A stretch of 64,000 bases of DNA, taken from contig NC_043012.1 of the NCBI RefSeq assembly GCF_006345805.1, positions 7,688,001 to 7,752,000 of the forward strand. Direction: 5' to 3'. Shown here piece by piece: positions 53,731 to 64,000 of the stretch. The notes under the pieces are model-generated. The model ran no database searches. It worked only from the letters and a program-made list of their open reading frames with translations, and was not told the DNA's origin. Source of the DNA: Octopus sinensis. Its lineage: Eukaryota. The number at the start of each line of letters is the position of its first letter. The first letter of the stretch is position 1. The position numbers and the translations under genes are program-made.

Positions 53731-53808
53731 GCGGTACATATGTTTCGGGCCTTTATTAGACAGATTTATAACAATGCATAATGTATGTCTGTGGCCTTCT
53801 TCAGCCGC
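53731..53808 (-). ncRNA. Type-I hammerhead ribozyme with palindromic stem III
   Basis: Minus strand: GCGG-CUGAAGA-A-GGCC...GGCC-C-GAA-ACAUAUGU-A-CCGC. Stem I is 4 bp, stem III is a perfect 8-nt palindrome, triplet GUA. Flanked by (TA)n. Confidence 0.8.
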
Positions 53809-53816
53809 GCATATAT

Positions 53817-53933
<117 letters not shown>

Positions 53934-54013
53934 CTTTATTTAAAGCAGCAGAAACGGCAATGGGAAACTCAGAGTAACAGGTTTTGTTGAATTTTCTGCT
54001 GCTTTAAATAAAG
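53934..54013. repeat. 21-bp perfect inverted repeat with 38-nt loop
   Basis: CTTTATTTAAAGCAGCAGAAA / TTTCTGCTGCTTTAAATAAAG. Confidence 0.9.
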
Positions 54014-54522
54014 CATATTACTCTACCACTGGTATTTGAGTACTCTTTTTTCCACCTTGTTTCACATTTATGTGTTTACTCCGGTATATATATATATATA
54101 TATAAATAAATAAATAAGGATAAGATCGTTATTTAAATACCGATCTTATCAGGTGGCCAGCATGGGAATAAAATCCTTCAAAGGTAATAATTATTATTAA
54201 AATTGTAATTTAGGGTATCTAAGAGATACCACCACGCTGGAAATACCAGCCAAAACCTGACTCTAAAGCCACATTAAATGTTCAGAAGACAAAGAGACAA
54301 AATAAACTAGCAAATATATATATATATATATATACTAAGCAATAAAGGGTTTAGCAACGAATTGCCTTACCACAGACCGAATTTAGAAATAGCAGTCAAA
54401 GAGTTATAGCTATTTCTTCTACTAAAAAGGGAGATCTCAGTAAAAACACAGCAATTGGAAGGCAGACACAAACAGGTAAGAGAGAATGAATTGACGGCAA
54501 TCTATCATACAATTTTAAGTTA

Positions 54523-54622
54523 TCTACGGACGCACGTTTCGAAATCAAGTTTTTAGGAAAGCATAAGAATTAAATATTAAATAATTCTACCTTACCCAAA
54601 CTTCTTTTCTCTTCAGCGTAGA
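54523..54622 (-). ncRNA. Type-I hammerhead ribozyme, canonical core, long stem II
   Basis: Minus strand: UCUACG-CUGAAGA-GAAA(long imperfect hairpin)UUUC-GAA-ACGUGCGU-C-CGUAGA. Stem I is 6 bp, G10.1-C11.1 is present, stem III is self-complementary, cleavage triplet GUC. Confidence 0.85.
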
Positions 54623-54726
54623 ATACTATAATCATAAATGATTATATATTGAATTTTGAGATACTAGAAGGCACCAACTCAACTCAGTATCAGAGCGAGC
54701 TAGAATCCGCAACTAGTATCAATAGC

Positions 54727-55910
54727 TTAGTGGCATTTCATCCAGCTATAGGTTCTGAGTTCAAATTCCATCAAGGTCAACATTGTCTTTCATCCTTTCA
54801 GAGTTGAATAAATAAGTACTAGCTGGGGTCATTTTAATTGACTTATCCCCTCCCGCCTCCCAGTACTGGGGTCATTTTAATCCACTTATCCCCTCTCCCA
54901 AAGTTGCTGGCCTTGTGCCAAAATTTGAAACTTGTTATCATCATCATCATCATCATCATGGCAGTGAGCTAGCAGAATTGTTAATACACTGGACAAAATC
55001 CTCAGCAGCTCATCATCCATCTTTACGTTCTGAGTTCAAATTCCACTGAGGTCCACTTTGCCTTTCATCTTTTCAGGGTCAATAAATTAAGTACCTAGTT
55101 AAGTACTGGGGCCAACATAACTGACTTACCGTCTCCCTCAAAAATTTCAGGACTTGCTGTTAAAAAATAAAAAGGGCAGCAATAAATTGTTAGTATGCTG
55201 GGCAAAATGCTTGGCAGCATTTCATCTGTTTTCATGTTCTGAATTTAAATTCCGCCAGGGTCGGCTTTGCTTTTCCTACTTTCGGGGTTTATAAAATAAG
55301 TACCAGTTGAGTACTGGAATCGATGTATCCAACTTTCCCTCTCCCCCAAATTTCAGGCTTCGTGCTTTCAGTAAAAACGACTGAGCTGGCAGAATCGTTA
55401 GCATGCTGGGCAAAATGTTTATTAACATTTTTGTCTGTTTATACTTTCTGATTCAAATTCCACTGAGGTCGACTTTGTCTTTCATTCTTTTGGGGGTCAA
55501 TAAATTAAGTACCAGTGAAACACTGGGGTCGATGTAATTGACTATCCAGCTCCCCCAAATTTCAAGTGTTGTGCCTTTAGTAGAAAGGATTATTATTATT
55601 TTTATTGCAGTGAGCTGGCAGAATTGTTAGCATGCCAAAAAAAAAAAATGCTTGGTGATAATTTCTCTTGACTTTGTTTTGTTAAGATGACAAGGTGACA
55701 GAATCATTAGAGCATCAGACAAAATGCTTTGGGGTATTTGTTCAGGCACATTACATTCTGAGTTCAAATCCCACCAGTATCTATTCTGCATTTTGTCTTT
55801 TGGGGGGGTTGATAAAATAAGATACCAGTCAAATACTGAAGTTAATTTATTCAACTTAACTCCTCCCCTCTCATAAAAATTTTTGGCTTTATACCAATAT
55901 TAAAAGTAGT
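54727..55910 (+). mobile_element. Head-to-tail array of 5-6 diverged family-B SINE copies
   Basis: Repeated GAGCTGGCAGAA..GTTAG heads and TTCTGAGTTCAAATTCC B-box segments roughly every 200-230 bp. Confidence 0.85.
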
Positions 55911-56583
55911 TATTTGTGGATGACTGAATCAGTTAGGTGGGAGGAAAAAATAAATTTCTTTGTGAAAATGTGATAGACATGACTCAAGTGAATGGATCCA
56001 CTCCCAAAATGCACTCGTTACCCAGTCAGACAGTGACACCACTCTTAACTACAAGAGGCTATGATGGACACTGACAGTATTGCTCATACCTAGCACCTCA
56101 ACTTTTTTTCTGTGCAGGTGCCACATAAAAAGCACCCAGTACAACCTGTAAAGTGGTTGGCATTAAGCAGGGCATTCAGCCGTAGAAACCATGCCAAAAC
56201 AGACAATTGAAGCATTGTGCAGCTCTCTATCTTGCCAGCTCAAACGAATGTTAAATGTTGGTGGTGCATGTGTGAGTGTCCATGACATTTTCATGGCCTC
56301 CAAAATTGTTGGGAGGAATGAAAGAAGCTATTCTCAGACCCGAGACCTGGCCCAAATGCCCACAACAGAATGAAATCTGCTGATGGCAACCATGGGCCAG
56401 GTGGTAATGTTAAACCAGGAGACAGATTATATCTACCAGCCAAGAATAGGATCAGCTCTTTAGGCAGACTTCTATACCATTTCCACCTGTGGTAGGAGAT
56501 AATTGCCCATGGTGTCGCTCAGTGTGATCAACACCAAAACACTGATGGTTACAAAAAGACTTCTTAAAACCACACAGCCCTAC

Positions 56584-56812
56584 TTAACCCTTCAGTGTTC
56601 ACATTATTCTGCCAAAATTAATCCTTTTTCATCCACATTGCTTTGAACTAGTCATGCATTATCTTGTAGCTATGAGATTTTGATGAGGTAGCTGTTAATT
56701 TTTAAAACGATATTGTAGGGTTGGTGTAAGAGACCAGATATGACCAGTTTGAACATAAAACAGGCAGAATACTTTTGGCCGGATATGGCCGGTTTAAATG
56801 CTAAAGGGTTAA
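56584..56812 (+). mobile_element. piggyBac-type MITE (best copy)
   Basis: TTAA-CCCTT...AAAGGG-TTAA termini, ~225 bp; several related copies in the window. Confidence 0.75.
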
Positions 56813-57295
56813 AGACATTATCAGAAAAATGCGGTCTGCACTGGATGATACACTTTCACTTTGTACTTACGAGGACAGATCTTAGCATTTTCTACAACTA
56901 ACTTTACATTAACCATGTGGTTGGTTATGTTTATGTATTGTTACAAGCTACATGTATGTATATAGTCATGTTTGTATGGTTACATGTAGTCATGTTTGTA
57001 TGTATGTATGCATATTCATTGAGTGGGAAAATGTGTTGCTAGTTGTGTGTGAGTAAATTTATATACATTTTCATGACTCTTGCCTAGCAATCCAGCAGAT
57101 TTTGCCACACCCAAAATACCTGCCGCCTAAATAAAAACATATATTTTCATATCCTGACAGTGGTTTGGTGGTACTGTGATACTGCATTATAGCTTGGCTG
57201 AGATAGAAGCTCACCAGTTAAACAGAAAATGCATAAGGATGGGCAATAAAAGCGAGAAAGAAAAGACGTATAGAATACCAAAGTAAATACACCCA

Positions 57296-57331
<36 letters not shown>

Positions 57332-57527
57332 ATTCACTTGCATATATTAAAAATGATTGTGTGTGTGCTCTTCTTTTAATGGTTTCAATCATTAAGAGTT
57401 GTGGCCAGGCTGGAGTACTGCCTTCCAGGGTCTAGGATGTTCATAGTAACTCTAGTATTTCAGTCCGTCATGTATATTATCAGCTTCTGTTTGTTGAACT
57501 GTTAAGTTACAAAGCTCTATAGAACAG

Positions 57528-57593
57528 AACAGGTATTGAGTACTCCTTTGTTCATTCATTCATGAATGCACGAAGGAGTACTCAATACCTGTT
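57528..57593. repeat. 66-nt hairpin
   Basis: 21-bp perfect outer stem continuing to 31 positions with one wobble and one mismatch, 4-nt loop. Confidence 0.9.
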
Positions 57594-58239
57594 GTAGAGT
57601 ATATGGTTCATTATGTATGTATGTGCGTGCATACACACACATACTCTCTCTCTCTCTCTCTCTCTCTCACTCACTCACACACACACACAGAGTGTCTGAG
57701 GCTTGGGTATTAAGTACAATGTTGCATGAAGTTGAAATATGGGCATCGAATACCAAGAATATTTCTTCCATTCTTTTACTTGCTTCAGTTATCAGACTGC
57801 AGCCATGCTGGGGCACTGCCTTGAAGAATTTTAGTCAAACTAATCAACCTCAGTACTCTTGTTTTTTGTTTTTTTTCTAAACCCTGAAAATTATTCTATC
57901 AGTTTCTTTTGCCAGACTGCTAAGTTATGGAGGTGTAAACACACCAACACCAGTTATCAAGTAGTGATAGGAGACAAACACACACACACATACAACAAGC
58001 TTCTTTCAGTTTCCATCTACCAGATCCACTCTCAAGGCTGTGGTTGACCTGAGTCTATGATAAAAGGCACTTGGCCAAGGTACCATGCAGTGGGACTGAA
58101 CCTGGAATCATGTCGTCAGGATGTAAACTTCTTATCACACAGCCATGCCTGTGAAAATTGGAAAAGAGATGAAGTGAAGATATCCCATAAGTAATGTGAT
58201 GTTAGTTTGTATTAACAGTAGAGCACAAAAGAGGCAAGA

Positions 58240-58500
58240 AAAAGACTGATTATAGAAGGGATGAGCCGTCATGTTTAAGAGAGTGGATTGAGCTGGCTTA
58301 GATATAGGCTGCAAAGGAAGGATAATAGTTGGGTTAAGACATGCCAAATAATCTAGTTGGAAAGCACTTGTGGTGGAGGAAGACCAAAAGAGACATTAGA
58401 AGAGATGCTAAAAGTTGATCTCAAGAGGTTGGCTTTGTCAAATGGTCAGTTACTGTGTTGGAAAAGACCCATCCAATTCATGCAAGCATGGAAAAGCAGC
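58240..58500 (+). mobile_element. Decayed RTE LINE 3' fragment
   Basis: STCGGGRPKETLEEMLKVDLKRL followed by a degenerate CCAA..CATGCAAGCATGGAAAAG tail. Confidence 0.55.
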
Positions 58501-59828
58501 TATGAACCGGTGATTTTTGTACAGTGTGCACACACATACAAACACACACACACACATGGCCTTGCTTTTTGCTTTTTGAGCCAAAAATTAACTAACTAAC
58601 TATTTCTATTTCGATTGTCAAAACTCTTGAACCGTGACTGGTGTTAAATATTCAGTTGTCTGCACTCTTTCTCTCTTCATTATCATGTAAAGGTGTGTTC
58701 TGTTGTTGTTTGGGCAGTTTGAAATTTGCTTAACATTTACAAGACACTGCTGACCTATTTTCTCTTTCCTACTCTCACTCCTTATTCAATTGTGAAGTGG
58801 CAGCTGTTGCATGGGGTGCAGAGCAAAAGCTCTTAATATATTCCTGGTTTGAGAACAGAACATAATACTTCTGGCTGAATTAGAAACCTTGTGACTTATT
58901 TATTCATTTATTTATCTAATTTTTATTTATTTAATATTCATTTATTTATTTTTGCATTTCTTTATCCCTTTAAGCAGAAGTGGGTGGGTAGAAAGCTGTC
59001 GTCTTTAGGGGAAATTTTCTCATTATAAATTAGTTTATTGGTGAGATTCGCACTGTTTCCTATGATGTTGATGATGACTTCTGCCAAACATAATAATTAA
59101 CATTAAAACTATATACTGAATACAAGACCTTTGATATATAACGATGTCTCTAATTAATTAAGTTCTGAATACATGGTAGTTCCAATAACTGTGCAGATAA
59201 ACTGTGCATATTATGGTCTGGTCTGAATAATTGTGTACAGTGGTTGCTTTTGTGGTTTAGATGTGGATTGCTAGCCCACCATGTGATTTTGAAGCTTTTG
59301 AGATTGGCATGAAACTTTAGATGCTAACACAAATAGAATTGGCCACAGATGGAAAAGGTAATGTGCATTGTCTAAATAGCAGACATGTGCAGATGTTGCA
59401 GTGCTGTGGCTGCAGTAATATATGTACAGCTGTTGTGTTTTGGCTACTCAGCAATATTAATGATTTCTATCATTGACACAAATCCTCAAATTTGTTTGTG
59501 TGTGCGCGTGTATGGTGGAGGAAACAGTTGATTAATTAACTGGTGCTGTATTTTATAGACCCCTGAAAGATGATGTTTACCTCAACATGATTTGAACTCA
59601 GAATGTAGTGAGACATAACCAAATGCTGCAAAGAAATTTTCTTTCTCTATGGATTCTACCAATCTACTGCCCTGAATAAATACAATAATAGTTGTTTCCA
59701 ATTTGGGCACAAGGACAGCAATTTTTTATTGGGAGGGGTTTACATTGACCCCAGTGTTTGACTGGTACTTTAGCCATGCAATTTTGAATTCAGTCCCACT
59801 GTATGGCATTTTAGGCAAGTGTCTTCTA

Positions 59829-59964
59829 CAGAATAATAATAATAATAATATTGGAAAATATTAGGAATGAGAACCCAGGTTCAAAATTCTCCCAGGACAC
59901 CTGATGAAGGCTGGAGACAAACAAGATGAGCACATATATCCGTCAAATGTAAATAATGTAAATA
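59829..59964 (+). mobile_element. 136-bp insertion with 12-bp TSD inside a SINE
   Basis: AAGTGTCTTCTA at 59817-59828 and 59965-59976. The insert carries CTGATGAAGGCTG at 59901 and an AATGTAAAT repeat tail. Confidence 0.8.
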
Positions 59965-60163
59965 AAGTGTCTTCTATTATAACCCCAGGCTGGCCAAAGC
60001 CCTGTGAGTGTATTAGATAGATGAAAATTGGAAGAAGCTCATCATATTTGTGTTCATGTCTCCTTGTCTTCACATTTCATGGCACTTGTAAATGAGTATT
60101 ACTCTCATTCAAGCAGTGTTATTCAACGTTCTGTAAAAACATGGAAACAGGTGTGTGTATATG

Positions 60164-60210
<47 letters not shown>

Positions 60211-60248
60211 TGTGTGTGTATATATATTGTTCTGATATTTTATCCGCT

Positions 60249-60279
60249 TGACTAATTTTGTGTATTTTATTTGTTGCAG
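60249..60279 (+). promoter_or_regulatory. Candidate branch point and 3' splice acceptor of the DET1 coding exon
   Basis: TGACTAAT branch-like motif, then T-rich tract TTTGTGTATTTTATTTGTTGCAG with AG at 60278-60279. A weaker alternative acceptor TTCTCTCAG ends at 60398. Confidence 0.7.
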
Positions 60280-60292
60280 AACTTCAATTGAA

Positions 60293-60383
60293 ATGAACTG
60301 AAGTGTGATGTTGTGAGCTTCAACCCGTAACAATGGTATTCAGTTTAAAGACAGTTTGTTTGTATAGACTCCCTGTAATCTGA
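60293..60383 (+). other. Three upstream ORFs in the putative DET1 5' UTR
   Basis: ATG AAC TGA (60293-60301), ATG TTG TGA (60308-60316) and a 16-codon uORF (60333-60383). They are exonic only if the 60279 acceptor is used. Confidence 0.5.
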
Positions 60384-60408
60384 AGGTGATTCTCTCAGTG
60401 TTAGCACT

Positions 60409-61880
60409 ATGTTTGACACACCCAGGGACAATGATGCAGATGAAATCAAACCACGGAAGATACCCAACCAAAGCATCGTACACCGTGTCTTTGACCGGCA
60501 GATTAACTTTGGTCGTCCAGGAGTCCAGTTCAATCAGTCTCGTATGTTCTACACCAATGTCTTCCCCAATTTCACCATTGTCAATGTGGAAAAACCCCCA
60601 TGTTTTCTGAGAAAATTCTCTCCTGATGGTCATTATTTCATTGCTTTCTCTGCCACACAGACATCTCTAGAAATTTATGAATTCAATGGTCCAGCAGCTG
60701 CTGCTGACCTTTTGAGGCATTTCAATGGTGACCACACTCCGTCAGTTTATGACAATCGGTTACATTATCTTCATAGCAAACTCTTTGAACGTTTCTTCAC
60801 GCAAAAACAAGTAACTGTAGTGGCTACTAATGGAGAACATTTAAACCGAGAGTGTAGCCTGTTTACTGACGATGGTAAGTATGTAATAGTCGGTTCAGCA
60901 ATTTTTGTTCCAGAAGACCCTTACCCATTTTTTTTCGATGTCTACAGAAACAATGAATCTGTGCCACCGAATCCTCGTTGTCCACTCGAGGACTATTGCT
61001 TACACATTGTGGAACTGGAGACTGGTCTTTTGTGTGATACTCGCCAATTTAAATGTGATAAAATTTTCCTCTCGCACAACCAAGGACTCTATTTGTATAA
61101 GAATACCCTTGCTGTACTCTCTGTCCAACACCAAACCATTCATATCTTCCAGATTACTAAAGATGGTCATTTTGTTGATGTCCGTAGTATAGGTCGGTTT
61201 TGTTTCGACGATGATGAAAGTATACTTCATCTAGGTTTAGATTCAAAAACTCAGGTGCACCAAATCCGGCCCATGACGGAAACCACCATCAACTCCCTCA
61301 AGCACCGTCTTCTAGTTTTCCTCTATGAACGTGCCAAACGTATGGACTCTATATATGAACTGCGTAAGTTTTATCAATATTTTGATCAGTTTAAAAGTTT
61401 ACGAATGTGGAAGATGCAATTAATTGATAGCGAACATCTACTCATTAAATATGCAAGTGAAGAGGTGGTCACTTTGCGTGTCTCAGACCCCAATTCACAA
61501 CCATCCTTTTTTGTTGTCTATAACATGATCACTACTGAAGTTTTAGCCGTCTATGAGAATACTTCTGAAAACCTCCTAGAACTTTTTGAAAATTTCTGTG
61601 ATGTCTTTCGCAATGCCATGCTGCACAGTGATATGCAGTTCACGTGCTCAGCGTCAAGTAACATCTATGCTCGACAGATGCAACATCGGTTCAAACAGAC
61701 TATAATCAATGCTAAGTTTGGTGGACACACAGAAGCTGTGAAACGTCTTCTGGCTCAACTACCAATCAGTGCTCAGTCGTTCAGCAGTAGTCCCTACCTC
61801 GACTTGGCTCTCTTTAGCTACGATGAAAAATGGGTTTCAATGATGGAAAGACCAAAGGCTTGTGGCGACCACCCCATCAG
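60409..61880 (+). CDS. DET1: DET1 homolog (substrate-receptor component of the CUL4-DDB1-DET1-COP1 ligase), large coding exon carrying ~490 of ~550 codons
   Basis: 491-aa ORF matches DET1 motifs along its length: [114 protein letters not shown]. In-frame TAA at 60376 precedes the ATG. The apparent stop (AGG TAA) is the AG|GTAAAT donor; the known C-terminus (FYARDSG...) was not found in 61881-64000. Confidence 0.97.
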
Positions 61881-61886
61881 GTAAAT
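61881..61886 (+). promoter_or_regulatory. 5' splice donor (phase 2) after the DET1 coding exon
   Basis: CATCAG|GTAAAT; DET1 similarity stops exactly here, inside the Arg codon of GDHPIR. Confidence 0.9.
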
Positions 61887-62616
61887 ATCTTGTGATTTCT
61901 GTATTTTTTGAAAAGTGATTCACTTATAATTTTCCAAATACTTTTGTAGTCCATCATTCATTTCTTGTCTCATGAGCTTGTGAAGAAGCTTCTGTGCAGT
62001 CCTCAACCTGTTAGAAATAACAGACAAATTTACCTTAATAATCCATTTGTTACTTTATTTCTCTTGAAATGCACTGCCTTTGTGTCATTTAATTTTGAAA
62101 ATAATGAAAACTTTAGTGAAATAACTTTGTCGTTATTATGTTACCATATTTTAACATGTATAAGGAATCCCCTTATTTGGGAGTCTTAAAATTTGGAAAA
62201 AATGGTTTTGTAAGGGATTATAATACTATCTATTATAAATTCCCATATTTTTTTAACCTAATTTTTGACAAAAAAAGGGTTCTTTATACATGTTAAAATA
62301 TGGTAATTTTTGGAAGATGAACTAACATAGACTTGAGTAAGTGGTTTCACATGAATGGGAATAAATTGGAAATAAAATTAGCGTGCAGAAATGGAATAGT
62401 CCAGATGGATAATAAAAAATTAAATTAAAGAAAAGACTATTGTCTATAAAGTATACAATGTAGAGAAAAAAGAAGAGCTAACAATTCCAGTCTGTTATAT
62501 ATTTTGAGTATTATTATCACTAGCGATATCAAGATATAACTTTGTATTTTGCATTTTATGTGTAGATGTATATATATAGATGTACATGTAATATGTACAC
62601 ATATATATATACATGC

Positions 62617-62658
62617 ACTAGCACTATGACCCGGCAACGACGGGTCTTTAATGCTAGT
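62617..62658. mobile_element. 42-bp Helitron-terminus-like mini element
   Basis: ACTAGCA...GACCCG-gcaacga-CGGGTC...TGCTAGT; resembles the 44481-44509 terminus in both orientations. Confidence 0.5.
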
Positions 62659-64000
62659 TTCCTATAAAAGCTTCTATATCTTTCTAGATATTTTCTTCCC
62701 TTATTGTCTTATTTACTCTGTGCAATAGGGATGTGTTTAAGGGACTGCATGAGTAAGTAGATGGATTGCAGAGTTCAGTCTTTTTTTAACAGTCATTGCA
62801 ATGTGTTCCTTTGGCATGGTTCTAACTTTGTTTCACCACTTGGAAGAACGTTGCCCTGTTTGAGTGGTTAACTGGTAAAAACAATTTCTCAAAAACACAC
62901 AAAAAATAAAGAGAAAGCCAGAAAACAAAAAAAAAAAAGGCAAAATCCTTTCTCAATGTTAGCGTGGGAGGAAAATCAATATAAAATAGGGAACAGGAAC
63001 AAGGGAGCGGGTCTGGGGAATAATGAATAAATGAATGCTTTTAGGGGTTAGGGGTTGAGTGTGGAGTTGGATTGCAAGCAGCTCAGGTAAGAGACTTTTT
63101 TTTTGTTGTTGTTGAAGGGTTCCCTTTTTCTTTTTTTTTTTCCTCCTCCAAACTCGGACAACTTCCTTTGATTGCTTTTCTCTGTTTGAACTGCTGCAAC
63201 CAACAAAACCTTATGACATATTTGGAGATGGAAGCTTGTTGCTGATAAAGAGCATAGGAGAGACGAGGGATGAAAAGGCCACTGTATACAGTTGGAGCCT
63301 ATTTCGATATTGCAGCTTCTAATTAGTTATATTCTTTGTATTACCTGATACATATAAAGGGGTTTCCATTGATATCGTTGATGGTCATATGTGTATGTGT
63401 GTGTGTGTGTGTGTTTGTGTCTCTTTTGACTTGATGGTGCTGAGTCATTCGGAAGCAGGCTATTTTTTTTTTTTTTTTCATTTTTGTTTTATTTATTTAT
63501 TATTGATATTGGCTCTCAATCAATACTGAGGAAAAGCCTGCTTGCTGTATTGAACGGTTGGCCATGGTGGAAGCAGGAAGGAATGGTTGGAGGCTACTAC
63601 TTCGAACCACAATTAGGTTTCTGAGCATGCTGGTTGCGGGGAAGAATATTTATGGCATTTATCAATATGGACTGTTGTTGCTTTTGTTGTTGTTATAAGG
63701 GTGATAGATTGCTAGAATTATTAGTGTTACACAAAATTCCTTGTGCTATTTAAGTAAATTGTACAATGTCCCTTTGCATTTTTGCATTCTGTTCTAATCC
63801 CTTCAAGTATTGGTTTTACCTTTTGCTTGTCTGGGACCAATAAATACCACTTGTATACTAATGTTGATTGAATTCACTAAGCCCTACATCCTCTTGTTAT
63901 ACTTCTGTATAGTGACCATGCGTCTATAGTAGAAATTACTGTTGTTACACATCAGAAAATGATGGAATCTGCAGTGGTCTTTTCGTAATTAGTTCCATCC

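Noticed and set aside
61881-64000. Search for the terminal DET1 exon
   Set aside because: No FYARDSG/RLVAFTFHP-like coding segment seen; presumed to lie downstream of the window.

Overview
Eukaryotic, AT-rich, microsatellite-dense genomic DNA. The repeat families look like those of an octopod cephalopod (Octopus); that is recognition, not a database result. One gene is clearly identifiable: DET1 on the + strand, as a single 1.47-kb coding exon (60409-61880) ending at a phase-2 GT donor. Its last ~60 codons appear to lie beyond the window. The rest is mostly mobile-element debris: tRNA-derived SINEs, RTE-clade LINE pieces and many copies of their 3' tail, a deleted pogo/Tigger-like DNA transposon, piggyBac-type and hAT-type MITEs, Helitron-type elements and fold-back hairpins. 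Almost all other ORFs in the supplied track come from microsatellites or repeats. The most interesting signal is a set of short, mutually dissimilar cassettes wedged into (TA)n tracts that fold as minimal type-I hammerhead ribozymes with a palindromic stem III. Three are near-canonical (13996-14055, 53731-53808, 54523-54622), four are variant or decayed but retain both core halves, and several are relics. They cluster in two arrays (~13.9-14.7 kb and ~53.7-54.7 kb). All seven copies with both core halves lie on the - strand, antisense to DET1. This resembles Penelope-like-element or retrozyme-type non-autonomous RNA elements. Folds were read by eye; activity, expression and novelty are untested.
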